Shown in pieces: positions 1 through 12,800 of a stretch of DNA of 64,000 nt; the stretch's first letter is position 1; each line of letters starts with the position of its first letter. The notes beneath the pieces are model-generated. The model was not told the origin of the DNA. It made no database searches and saw only the letters and a program-made list of their open reading frames with translations. The DNA lies in contig OZ037767.1 in the NCBI GenBank assembly GCA_964035545.1, positions 12,447,801-12,511,800 on the forward strand, read 5' to 3'. The stretch is from Bugula neritina (taxonomy: Eukaryota > Animalia > Bryozoa). Position numbers and translations under genes: made by a program.

Positions 1-837
1 TGTGTTTTTGGTTTTGTGTTCTTGACTTGTCAGGCTGCAAATATTTGAAAAATCACAACTGCAAATACATTTGTTGGTGTAGCAAAATTATTAAACCCAT
101 CAACCTTTGCGATCTGAGGAACGAAAGACGGATACTGCAACTTACACACCTTTCTATTATGAATTTAGAGATATACATTGTTTTGTCGACCCTTCTGGCA
201 ACCAATATTAAGTGCATTGCTCGTTTTCCACGCTTTATATCCACTTATTTTACATTTTCTCAATCAACTAAACACAGGTAAGCAGAGTTGCTAACTGGTT
301 GCATGGTATTCAGGCAGTCGCACTTCTTGTCACTCAATTGTTGATGATTGATGCTTGAAGAAGGCCTACGGTCCTTACAGTATACATACTGGAGGTACTG
401 TGCTTTGAACTCAATAACAAAAAAGAGAATATATGACTTGCAAAACTAACGAATCACATTGTGATGACTCCAGACCCTATTGACAGTGTGCCTCAGTAAT
501 GTCTGTTCAGTGCAAACTATGGACAGCAAAGTTGTCAGGCAATAAAGATACAAACAATTCTGCAAACCCTTTTCATAAAGGTTTTGTGATGAAAGAGTAT
601 CCAGACCCTGTAATGGCTATACAACTGGAGGGAAGGAATATACTCGTTTTTCAATAGCAACAAAGCATGTTCAGAACTTGTAGACAGAAACACACTCATG
701 ACACATTAAACAATCTGTAACAAGTCTTGCTCATTATAACAGACAAATATTATGACATACTCCTTTCGTTTAGGAGATATATCGACTACTACTCCTACAA
801 AAACAATAAAGAGGTAAAAGACAGCACTGCTCAATTT

Positions 838-860
838 GATTTCATTTCATTCAATTCATT
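838..860 (+). repeat. Short (TTTCA/TTCA)n low-complexity tract, present once per monomer
   Basis: GATTTCATTTCATTCAATTCATT in unit 1 and at the equivalent position in the other units. Confidence 0.6.
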
Positions 861-3800
861 GTAACGCTATCAATAGGCTGCACTTTTGGTCACACCCAGC
901 TAACTGCTCTTGGAAAACTACTCATTTCGCCAATTGTGACATTATGTGAACTCACTGTTAGTTTTTAACTTTGAATCAAAAAATGATAAAGTAATTGTAA
1001 ATCTGTTTACAGTCGTCAAAGCGGCTGGTCCTTAATTTCAACACTGGGTTTAGGTGATGGAAGAATCCCAAGACAAGTTTGGTACTACGCTAGACAATAG
1101 GTTGCTGGCACCGGAAAATGTGAACATGTGTGCATTTAACAGATGAAGCTAAATCATGTATACATCTTATATTTAGTGAAAATTGAATATGCATCACTTT
1201 TCTATGTGAGAACATTGCTGGATAGTGAAAATAACTAGAAATGTAGAAGTTCGGGAGTTGTCTCTCCTGTGTTTTTGGTTTTGTGTTCTTGACTTGTCAG
1301 GCTGCAAATATTTGAAAAATCACAACTGCAAATACATTTGTTGGTGTAGCAAAATTATTAAACCCATCAACCTTTGCGATCTGAGGAACGAAAGACGGAT
1401 ACTGCAACTTACACACCTTTCTATTATGAATTTAGAGATATACATTGTTTTGTCGACCCTTCTGGCAACCAATATTAAGTGCATTGCTCGTTTTCCACGC
1501 TTTATATCCACTTATTTTACATTTTCTCAATCAACTAAACACAGGTAAGCAGAGTTGCTAACTGGTTGCATGGTATTCAGGCAGTCGCACTTCTTGTCAC
1601 TCAATTGTTGACGATTGATGCTTGAAGAAGGCCTACGGTCCTTACAGTATACATACTGGAGGTACTGTGCTTTGAACTCAAAAACAAAAAAGAGAATATA
1701 TGACTTGCAAAACTAACGAATCACTTTGTGATGACTCCAGACCCTATTGACAGTGTGCCTCAGTAATGTCTGTTCAGTGCAAACTATGGACAGCAAAGTT
1801 GTCAGGCAATAAAGATACAAACAGTTCTGCAAACCCTTTTCATAAAAGTTTTGTGATGAAAGAGTATCCAGACCCTGTAATGGCTATACAACTGGAGGGA
1901 AGAAATATACTCGTTTTTCAATAGCAACAAAGCATGTTCAGAACTTGTAGACAGAAACACACTCATGACACATTAAACAATCTGTAACAAGTCTTGCTCA
2001 TTATAACAGACAAATGTTATGACATACTCCTTTCGTTTAGGAGATATATCAACTACTACTCCTACAAAAACAATAAAGAGGTAAAAGACAGCACTGCTCA
2101 ATTTGATTTCATTTCATTCAATTCATTGTAACGCTATCAATGGGCTGCACTTTTGGTCACACCCAGCTAACTGCTCTTGGAAAACTACTCATTTCGCCAA
2201 TTGTGACATTATGTGAACTCACTGTTAGTTTTTAACTTTGAATCAAAAAATGATAAAGTAATTGTAAATCTGTTTACAGTCGTCAAAGCGGCTGATCCTT
2301 AATTTCAACACTGGGTTTAGGTGATGGAAGAATCCCAAGACAAGTTTGGTACTACGCTAGACAATAGGCTGCTGGCACCGGAAAATGTGAACATGTGTGC
2401 ATTTAACAGATGAAGCTAAAACATGTATACATCTTATATTTAGTGAAAATTGAATATGCATCACTTTTCTATGTGAGAACATTGCTGGATAGTGAAAATA
2501 ACTAGAAACGTAGAAGTTCGGGAGTTGTCTCTCCTGTGTTTTTGGTTTTGTGTTCTTGACTTGTCAGGCTGCAAATATTTGAAAAATCACAACTGCAAAT
2601 ACATTTGTTGGTGTAGCAAAATTTTTAAACCCATCAACCTTTGCGATCTGAGGAACGAAAGACGGATACTGCAACTTACACACCTTTCTATTATAAATTT
2701 AGAGATATACATTGTTTTGTCGACCCTTCTGGCAACCAATATTAAGTGCATTGCTCATTTTCCATGCTTTATATCCACTTATTTTACATTTTCTCAATCA
2801 ACTAAACACAGGTAAGCAGAGTTGCTAACTGGTTGCATGGTATTCAGGCAGTCGCACTTCTTGTCACTCAATGGTTGAGGATTGATGCTTGAAGAAGGCC
2901 TACAGTCCTTACAGTATACATACTGGAGGTACTGTGCTTTGAACTCAATAGCAAAAAAGAGAATATATGACTTGCAAAACTAACGAATCACATTGTGATG
3001 ACTCCAGACCCTATTGACAAGGTGCCTCAGTAATGTCTGTTCAGTGCAAACTATGGACAGCAAAGTTGTCTGGCAATAATGATACAAACAATTCTGCAAA
3101 CTCTTTTCATAAAGGTTTTGTGATGAAAGAGTATCCAGACCCTGTAATGGCTATGCAACTGGAGGGAAGGAATATACTCGTTTTTCAATAGTAACAAAGC
3201 ATGTTCAGAACTTGTAGACAGAAACACACTCATGACACATTAAACAATCTGTAACAAGTCTTGCTCATTATAACAGACAAATGTTATAACATACTCCTTT
3301 CGTTTAGGAGATATATCAACTACTACTCCTACAAAAACAATAAAGAGGTAAAAGATAGCACTGCTCAGTTTGATTTCATTTCATTCAATTCATTGTAACA
3401 CTATTAATGGGCTGCACTTTTGGTCACACCCGGCTAACTGCTCTTGGAAAATTGTTCATTTCGCCAATTGTGACATTATGTGAACTCACTGTTAGTTTTT
3501 AACTTTGAATCAAAAATTGATAAAGTAATTGTAAATCTGTTTACAGACGTCAAAGCAGCTGATCCTTAATTTCAACACTGGGTTTAGGTGATGGAAGAAT
3601 CCCAAGACAAGTTTGGTACTACGCTAGACAATAGGCTGCTGGCACCAGAAAATGTGAACATGTGTGCATTTAACAGATGAAGCTAAAACATGTATACATC
3701 TTATATTTAGTGAAAATTGAATATGCGTCACTTTTCTATGTGAGAACCTTGCTGGATAGTGAAAATAACTAGAAATATAGAAGTTCGGGAGTTGTCTCTC

Positions 3801-6800
3801 TTGTGTTTTTGGTTTTGTGTTCTTGACTTGTCAAGCTGCAATTATTTGAAAAATCACAACTGCAAATACATTTGTTGGTGTAGCAAAATTATTAAACCCA
3901 TCAACCTTTGCGATCTGAGGAACGAAAGACGGATACTGCAACTTACACACCTTTCTATTATGAATTTAGAGATATACATTGTTTTGTCGACCCTTCTGGC
4001 AACCAATATTAAGTGCATTGCTTGTTTTCCACGCTTTATATCCACTTATTTTACATTTTCTCAATCAACTAAACACAGGTAAGCAGAGTTGCTAACTGGT
4101 TGCATGGTATTCAGGCAGTCGCACTTCTTGTCACTCAATCGTTGAAGATTGATGCTTGATGAAGGCCTACGGTCCTTACAGTATACATACTGGAGGTACT
4201 GTGCTTTGAACTCAATAACAAAAAAGAGAATATATGACTTGCAAAACTAACGATGACTCCAGACCCTATTGACTGTGTGCCTCAGTAACGTCTGTTCAGT
4301 GCAAACTATGGACAGCAAAGTTGTTTGGCAATAATGAGACAAACAATTCTGCAAACCCTTTTCATTAAAGTTTTGTGATGAAAGAGTAATCAGACCCTGT
4401 AATGGCTATACAACTGGAGGGAAGGAATATACTCGTTTTTCAATAGTAACAAAGCATGTTCAGAACTTGTAGACAGAAACACACTCATGACACATTAAAC
4501 AATCTGTAACAAGTCTTGCTCATTATAACAGACAAATGTTATAACATACTCCTTTCGTTTAGGAGATATATCAACTACTACTCCTACAAAAACAATAAAG
4601 AGGTAAAAGATAGCACTGCTCAGTTTGATTTCATTTCATTCAATTCATTGTAACACTATTAATGGGCTGCACTTTTGGTCACACCCGGCTAACTGCTCTT
4701 GGAAAATTGTTCATTTCGCCAATTGTGACATTATGTGAACTCACTGTTAGTTTTTAACTTTGAATCAAAAATTGATAAAGTAATTGTAAATCTGTTTACA
4801 GACGTCAAAGCAGCTGATCCTTAATTTCAACACTGGGTTTAGGTGATGGAAGAATCCCAAGACAAGTTTGGTACTACGCTAGACAATAGGCTGCTGGCAC
4901 CAGAAAATGTGAACATGTGTGCATTTAACAGATGAAGCTAAAACATGTATACATCTTATATTTAGTGAAAATTGAATATGCATCACTTTTCTATGTGAGA
5001 ACCTTGCTGGATAGTGAAAATAACTAGAAATATAGAAGTTCGGTAGTTGTCTCTCTTGTGTTTTTGGTTTTGTGTTCTTGACTTGTCAAGCTGCAATTAT
5101 TTGAAAAATCACAACTGCAAATACATTTGTTGGTGTAGCAAAATTATTAAACCCATCAACCTTTGCGATCTGAGGAACGAAAGACGGATACTGCAACTTA
5201 CACACCTTTCTATTATGAATTTAGAGATATACATTGTTTTGTCGACCCTTCTGGCAACCAATATTAAGTGCATTGCTTGTTTTCCACGCTTTATATCCAC
5301 TTATTTTACATTTTCTCAATCAACTAAACACAGGTAAGCAGAGTTGCTAACTGGTTGCATGGTATTCAGGCAGTCGCACTTCTTGTCACTCAATCGTTGA
5401 AGATTGATGCTTGATGAAGGCCTACGGTCCTTACAGTATACATACTGGAGGTACTGTGCTTTGAACTCAAAAACAAAAAAGAGAATATATGACTTGCAAA
5501 ACTAACGAATCACATTGTGATGACTCCAGACCCTATTGACAGTGTGCCTCAGTAATGTCTGTTCAGTGCAAACTATGGACAGCAAAGTTGTCAGGCAATA
5601 ATGATACAAACAATTCTGCTAACTCTTTTCATAAAGGTTTTGTGATGAAAGAGTATCCAGACCCTGTAATGGCTATACAACTGGAGGGAAGGAATATACT
5701 CGTTTTTCAATAGCAACAAAGCATGTTCAGAACTTGTAGACAGAAACACACTCATGACACATTAAACAATCTGTAACAAGTCTTGATCATTATAACAGAC
5801 AAATGTTATAACATACTCCTTTCGTTTAGGAGATATATCAACTACTACTCCTACAAAAACAATAAAGAGGTAAAAGACAGCACTGCTCAGTTTGATTTCA
5901 TTTCATTCAATTCATTGTAACGCCATCAATGGGCTGCACTTTTGGTCACACCCAGCTAACTGCTCTTGGAAAACTACTCATTTCGCCAATTGTGACATTA
6001 TGTGAACTCACTGTTAGTTTTTAACTTTGAATCAAAAAATGATAAAGTAATTGTAAATCTGTTTACAGTCGTCAAAGCGGCTGATCCTTAATTTCAACAC
6101 TGGGTTTAGGTGATGGAAGAATCCCAAGACAAGTTTGGTACTACGCTAGACAATAGGCTGCTGGCACCGGAAAATGTGAACATGTGTGCATTTAACAGAT
6201 GAAGCTAAAACATGTATACATCTTATATTTAGTGAAAATTGAATATGCATCACTTTTCTATGTGAGAACATTGCTGGATAGTGAAAATAACTAGAAATGT
6301 AGAAGTTCGGGAGTTGTCTCTCCTGGGTTTTTGGTTTTGTGTTCTTGACTTGTCACGCTGCAAATATTTGAAAAATCACAACTGCAAATACATTTGTTGG
6401 TGTAGCAAAATTATTAAACCCATCAACCTTTGCGATCTGAGGAACGAAAGACGGATACTGCAACTTACACACCTTTCTATTATGAATTTAGAGATATACA
6501 TTGTTTTGTCAACCCTTCTGGCAACCAATATTAAGTGCATTGCTCGTTTTCCACGCTTTATATCCACTTAGTTTACATTTTCTCAATCAACTAAACACAG
6601 GTAAGCAGAGTTGCTAACTGGTTGCATGGTATTCAGGCAGTCGCACTTCTTGTCACTCAATCGTTGAAGATTGATGCTTGATGAAGGCCTACGGTCCTTA
6701 CAGTATACATACTGGAGGTACTGTGCTTTGAACTCAATAACAAAAAAGAGAATATATGACTTGCAAAACTAACGAATCACATTGTGATGACTCCAGACCC

Positions 6801-9800
6801 TATTGACAAGGTGCCTCAGTAATGTCTGTACAGTGCAAACTATGGACAGCAAAGTTGTCTGGCAATAATGATACAAACAATTCTGCAAACTCTTTTCATA
6901 AAGGTTTTGTGATGAAAGAGTATCCAGACCCTGTAATGGCTATACAACTGGAGGGAAGGAATATACTCGTTTTTCAATAGCAACAAAGCATGTTCAGAAC
7001 TTGTAGACAGAAACACACTCATGACACATTAAACAATCTGTAACAAGTCTTGCTCATTATAACAGACAAATGTTATGACATACTCCTTTCGTTTAGGAGA
7101 TATATCAACTACTACTCCTACAAAAACAATAAAGAGGTAAAAGACAGCACTGCTCAATTTAATTTCATTTCATTCAATTCATTGTAACGCTATCAATGGG
7201 CTGCACTTTTGGTCACACCTGGCTAACTGCTCTTGGAAAACTACTCATTTCGCCAATTGTGACATTATGTGAACTCACTGTTAGTTTTTAACTTTGAATC
7301 AAAAAATGATAAAGTAATTGTAAATCTGTTTACAGTCGTCAAAGCGGCTGATCCTTAATTTCAACACTGGGTTTAGGTGATGGAAGATTCCCAAGACAAG
7401 TTTGGTACTACGCTAGACAATAGGCTGCTGGCACCGGAAAATGTGAACATGTGTGCATTTAACAGATGAAGCTAAAACATGTATACATCTTATATTTAGT
7501 GAAAATTGAATATGCATCACTTTTCTATGTGAGAACATTGCTGGATAGTGAAAATAACTAGAAATGTAGAAGTTCGGGAGTTGTCTCTCCTGTGTTTTTG
7601 GTTTTGTGTTCTTGACTTGTCAGGCTGCAAATATTTGAAAAATCACAACTGCAAATACATTTGTTGGTGTAGCAAAATTATTAAACCCATCAACCTTTGC
7701 GATCTGAGGAACGAAAGACGGATACTGCAACTTACACACCTTTCTATTATGAATTTAGAGATATACATTGTTTTGTCAACCCTTCTGGCAACCAATATTA
7801 AGTGCATTGCTCGTTTTCCACGCTTTATATCCACTTATTTTACATTTTCTCAATCAACTAAACACAGGTAAGCAGAGTTGCTAACTGGTTGCATGGTATT
7901 CAGGCAGTCGCACTTCTTGTCACTCAATTGTTGACGATTGATGCTTGAAGAAGGCCTACGGTCCTTACAGTATACATACTGGAGGTACTGTGCTTTGAAC
8001 TCAAAAACAAAAAAGAGAATATATGACTTGCAAAACTAACGAATCACATTGTGATGACTCCAGACCCTATTGACAGTGTGCCTCAGTAATGTCTGTTCAG
8101 TGCAAACTATGGACAGCAAAGTTGTCAGGCAATAAAGATACAAACAATTCTGCAAACCCTTTTCATAAAGGTTTTGTGATGAAAGAGTATCCAGACCCTG
8201 TAATGGCTATACAACTGGAGGGAAGGAATATACTCGTTTTTCAATAGCAACAAAGCATGTTCAGAACTTGTAGACAGAAACACACTCATGACACATTAAA
8301 CAATCTGTAACAAGTCTTGCTCATTATAACAGACAAATGTTATGACATACTCCTTTCGTTTAGGAGATATATCAACTACTACTCCTACAAAAACAATAAA
8401 GAGGTAAAAGACAGCACTGCTCAATTTGATTTCATTTCATTCAATTCATTGTAACGCTATCAATGGGCTGCACTTTTGGTCACACCCAGCTAACTGCTCT
8501 TGGAAAACTACTCATTTCGCCAATTGTGACATTATGTGAACTCACTGTTAGTTTTTAACTTTGAATCAAAAAATGATAAAGTAATTGTAAATCTGTTTAC
8601 AGTCGTCAAAGCGGCTGATCCTTAATTTCAACACTGGGTTTAGGTGATGGAAGAATCCCAAGACAAGTTTGGTACTACGCTAGACAATAGGCTGCTGGCA
8701 CCGGAAAATGTGAACATGTGTGCATTTAACAGATGAAGCTAAAACATGTATACATCTTATATTTAGTGAAAATTGAATATGCATCACTTTTCTATGTGAG
8801 AACATTGCTGGATAGTGAAAATAACTAGAAATGTAGAAGTTCGGGAGTTGTCTCTCCTGTGTTTTTGGTTTGTGTTCTTGACTTGTCACGCTGCAAATAT
8901 TTGAAAAATCACAACTGCAAATACATTTGTTGGTGTAGCAAAATTATTAAACCCATCAACCTTTGCGATCTGAGGAACGAAAGACGGATACTGCAACTTA
9001 CACACCTTTCTATTATGAATTTAGAGATATACATTGTTTTGTCAACCCTTCTGGCAACCAATATTAAGTGCATTGCTCGTTTTCCACGCTTTATATCCAC
9101 TTAGTTTACATTTTCTCAATCAACTAAACACAGGTAAGCAGAGTTGCTAACTGGTTGCATGGTATTCAGGCAGTCGCACTTCTTGTCACTCAATCGTTGA
9201 AGATTGATGCTTGATGAAGGCCTACGGTCCTTACAGTATACATACTGGAGGTACTGTGCTTTGAACTCAATAACAAAAAAGAGAATATATGACTTGCAAA
9301 ACTAACGAATCACATTGTGATGACTCCAGACCCTATTGACAAGGTGCCTCAGTAATGTCTGTTCAGTGCAAACTATGGACAGCAAAGTTGTCTGGCAATA
9401 ATGATACAAACAATTCTGCAAACTCTTTTCATAAAGGTTTTGTGATGAAAGAGTATCCAGACCCTGTAATGGCTATACAACTGGAGGGAAGGAATATACT
9501 CGTTTTTCAATAGCAACAAAGCATGTTCAGAACTTGTAGACAGAAACACACTCATGACACATTAAACAATCTGTAACAAGTCTTGCTCATTATAACAGAC
9601 AAATGTTATGACATACTCCTTTCGTTTAGGAGATATATCAACTACTACTCCTACAAAAACAATAAAGAGGTAAAAGACAGCACTGCTCAATTTGATTTCA
9701 TTTCATTCAATTCATTGTAACGCTATCAATGGGCTGCACTTTTGGTCACACCTGGCTAACTGCTCTTGGAAAACTACTCATTTCGCCAATTGTGACATTA

Positions 9801-12800
9801 TGTGAACTCACTGTTAGTTTTTAACTTTGAATCAAAAAATGATAAAGTAATTGTAAATCTGTTTACAGTCGTCAAAGCGGCTGATCCTTAATTTCAACAC
9901 TGGGTTTAGGTGATGGAAGAATCCCAAGACAAGTTTGGTACTACGCTAGACAATAGGCTGCTGGCACCGGAAAATGTGAACATGTGTGCATTTAACAGAT
10001 GAAGCTAAAACATGTATACATCTTATATTTAGTGAAAATTGAATATGCATCACTTTTCTATGTGAGAACATTGCTGGATAGTGAAAATAACTAGAAATGT
10101 AGAAGTTCGGGAGTTGTCTCTCCTGTGTTTTTGGTTTTGTGTTCTTGACTTGTCAGGCTGCAAATATTTGAAAAATCACAACTGCAAATACATTTGTTGG
10201 TGTAGCAAAATTATTAAACCCATCAACCTTTGCGATCTGAGGAACGAAAGACGGATACTGCAACTTACACACCTTTCTATTATGAATTTAGAGATATACA
10301 TTGTTTTGTCAACCCTTCTGGCAACCAATATTAAGTGCATTGCTCGTTTTCCACGCTTTATATCCACTTATTTTACATTTTCTCAATCAACTAAACACAG
10401 GTAAGCAGAGTTGCTAACTGGTTGCATGGTATTCAGGCAGTCGCACTTCTTGTCACTCAATTGTTGACGATTGATGCTTGAAGAAGGCCTACGGTCCTTA
10501 CAGTATACATACTGGAGGTACTGTGCTTTGAACTCAATAACAAAAAAGAGAATATATGACTTGCAAAACTAACGAATCACATTGTGATGACTCCAGACCC
10601 TATTGACAAGGTGCCTCAGTAATGTCTGTACAGTGCAAACTATGAACAGCAAAGTTGTCTGGCAATAATGATACAAACAATTCTGCAAACTCTTTTCATA
10701 AAGGTTTTGTGATGAAAGAGTATCCAGACCCTGTAATGGCTATACAACTGGAGGGAAGGAATTTACTCGTTTTTCAATAGCAACAAAGCATGTTCAGAAC
10801 TTGTAGACAGAAACACACTCATGACACATTAAACAATCTGTAACAAGTCTTGCTCATTATAACAGACAAATGTTATGACATACTCCTTTCGTTTAGGAGA
10901 TATATCAACTACTACTCCTACAAAAACAATAAAGAGGTAAAAGACAGCACTGCTCAATTTGATTTCATTTCATTCAATTCATTGTAACGCTATCAATGGG
11001 CTGCACTTTTGGTCACACCTGGCTAACTGCTCTTGGAAAACTACTCATTTCGCCAATTGTGACATTATGTGAACTCACTGTTAGTTTTTAACTTTGAATC
11101 AAAAAATGATAAAGTAATTGTAAATCTGTTTACAGTCGTCAAAGCGGCTGATCCTTAATTTCAACACTGGGTTTAGGTGATGGAAGAATCCCAAGACAAG
11201 TTTGGTACTACGCTAGACAATAGGCTGCTGGCACCGGAAAATGTGAACATGTGTGCATTTAACAGATGAAGCTAAAACATGTATACATCTTATATTTAGT
11301 GAAAATTGAATATGCATCACTTTTCTATGTGAGAACATTGCTGGATAGTGAAAATAACTAGAAATGTAGAAGTTCGGGAGTTGTCTCTCCTGTGTTTTTG
11401 GTTTTGTGTTCTTGACTTGTCAGGCTGCAAATATTTGAAAAATCACAACTGCAAATACATTTGTTGGTGTAGCAAAATTATTAAACCCATCAACCTTTGC
11501 GATCTGAGGAACGAAAGACGGATACTGCAACTTACACACCTTTCTATTATGAATTTAGAGATATACATTGTTTTGTCAACCCTTCTGGCAACCAATATTA
11601 AGTGCATTGCTCGTTTTCCACGCTTTATATCCACTTATTTTACATTTTCTCAATCAACTAAACACAGGTAAGCAGAGTTGCTAACTGGTTGCATGGTATT
11701 CAGGCAGTCGCACTTCTTGTCACTCAATTGTTGACGATTGATGCTTGAAGAAGGCCTACGGTCCTTACAGTATACATACTGGAGGTACTGTGCTTTGAAC
11801 TCAAAAACAAAAAAGAGAATATATGACTTGCAAAACTAACGAATCACATTGTGATGACTCCAGACCCTATTGACAGTGTGCCTCAGTAATGTCTGTTCAG
11901 TGCAAACTATGGACAGCAAAGTTGTCAGGCAATAAAGATACAAACAATTCTGCAAACCCTTTTCATAAAGGTTTTGTGATGAAAGAGTATCCAGACCCTG
12001 TAATGGCTATACAACTGGAGGGAAGGAATATACTCGTTTTTCAATAGCAACAAAGCATGTTCAGAACTTGTAGACAGAAACACACTCATGACACATTAAA
12101 CAATCTGTAACAAGTCTTGCTCATTATAACAGACAAATGTTATGACATACTCCTTTCGTTTAGGAGATATATCAACTACTACTCCTACAAAAACAATAAA
12201 GAGGTAAAAGACAGCACTGCTCAATTTGATTTCATTTCATTCAATTCATTGTAACGCTATCAATGGGCTGCACTTTTGGTCACACCCAGCTAACTGCTCT
12301 TGGAAAACTACTCATTTCGCCAATTGTGACATTATGTGAACTCACTGTTAGTTTTTAACTTTGAATCAAAAAATGATAAAGTAATTGTAAATCTGTTTAC
12401 AGTCGTCAAAGCGGCTGATCCTTAATTTCAACACTGGGTTTAGGTGATGGAAGAATCCCAAGACAAGTTTGGTACTACGCTAGACAATAGGCTGCTGGCA
12501 CCGGAAAATGTGAACATGTGTGCATTTAACAGGTGAAGCTAAAACATGTATACATCTTATATTTAGTGAAAATTGAATATGCATCACTTTTCTATGTGAG
12601 AACATTGCTGGATAGTGAAAATAACTAGAAATGTAGAAGTTCGGGAGTTGTCTCTCCTGTGTTTTTGGTTTTGTGTTCTTGACTTGTCAGGCTGCAAATA
12701 TTTGAAAAATCACAACTGCAAATACATTTGTTGGTGTAGCAAAATTATTAAACCCATCAACCTTTGCGATCTGAGGAACGAAAGACGGATACTGCAACTT

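Noticed and set aside
53-244. Repeated minus-strand ORFs of 60-79 aa (MDIKRG..., MSVFLS..., MTSQE..., MRKCK...)
   Set aside because: Short, at chance length for AT-rich DNA, present only in subsets of monomers depending on single SNPs, with no recognisable homology.
275-283. Minus-strand CTTACCTG resembling the U1 snRNA 5' end
   Set aside because: It is simply the complement of a splice donor; no further U1 sequence or Sm site follows.
364-371. GCCTACGG resembling the 5' end of 5S rRNA
   Set aside because: The match ends after 8 nt, there are no internal A/C boxes, and the motif is mutated in many units.
354-380. Hammerhead-like TTGA(A/T)GA-AGG...CC; also CTGAGGA-AC-GAAA (114-126) and CAGATGA-AGCT-AAAAC-AT-GTA (~2408-2428)
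   Set aside because: None has a complete core: the first lacks GAAA, the second lacks stem II, and the third has core mismatches and no stem I. A relic cannot be excluded without an Infernal/RNAMotif search.
461-592. Two box C motifs (GTGATGA) suggesting a C/D snoRNA array
   Set aside because: No conserved box D (CTGA) with a terminal stem at a suitable distance downstream. The first motif is damaged by the deletion at ~4253.
1225-1548. Repeated 107-aa + strand ORF (MKITRNVEV...) as a tandem gene family
   Set aside because: It starts at GTG, has no recognisable domain, and is truncated by TAG or frameshifted by 1-bp deletions in many copies. It is absent or fragmented in most right-hand units. 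Recurrence only reflects the repeat.
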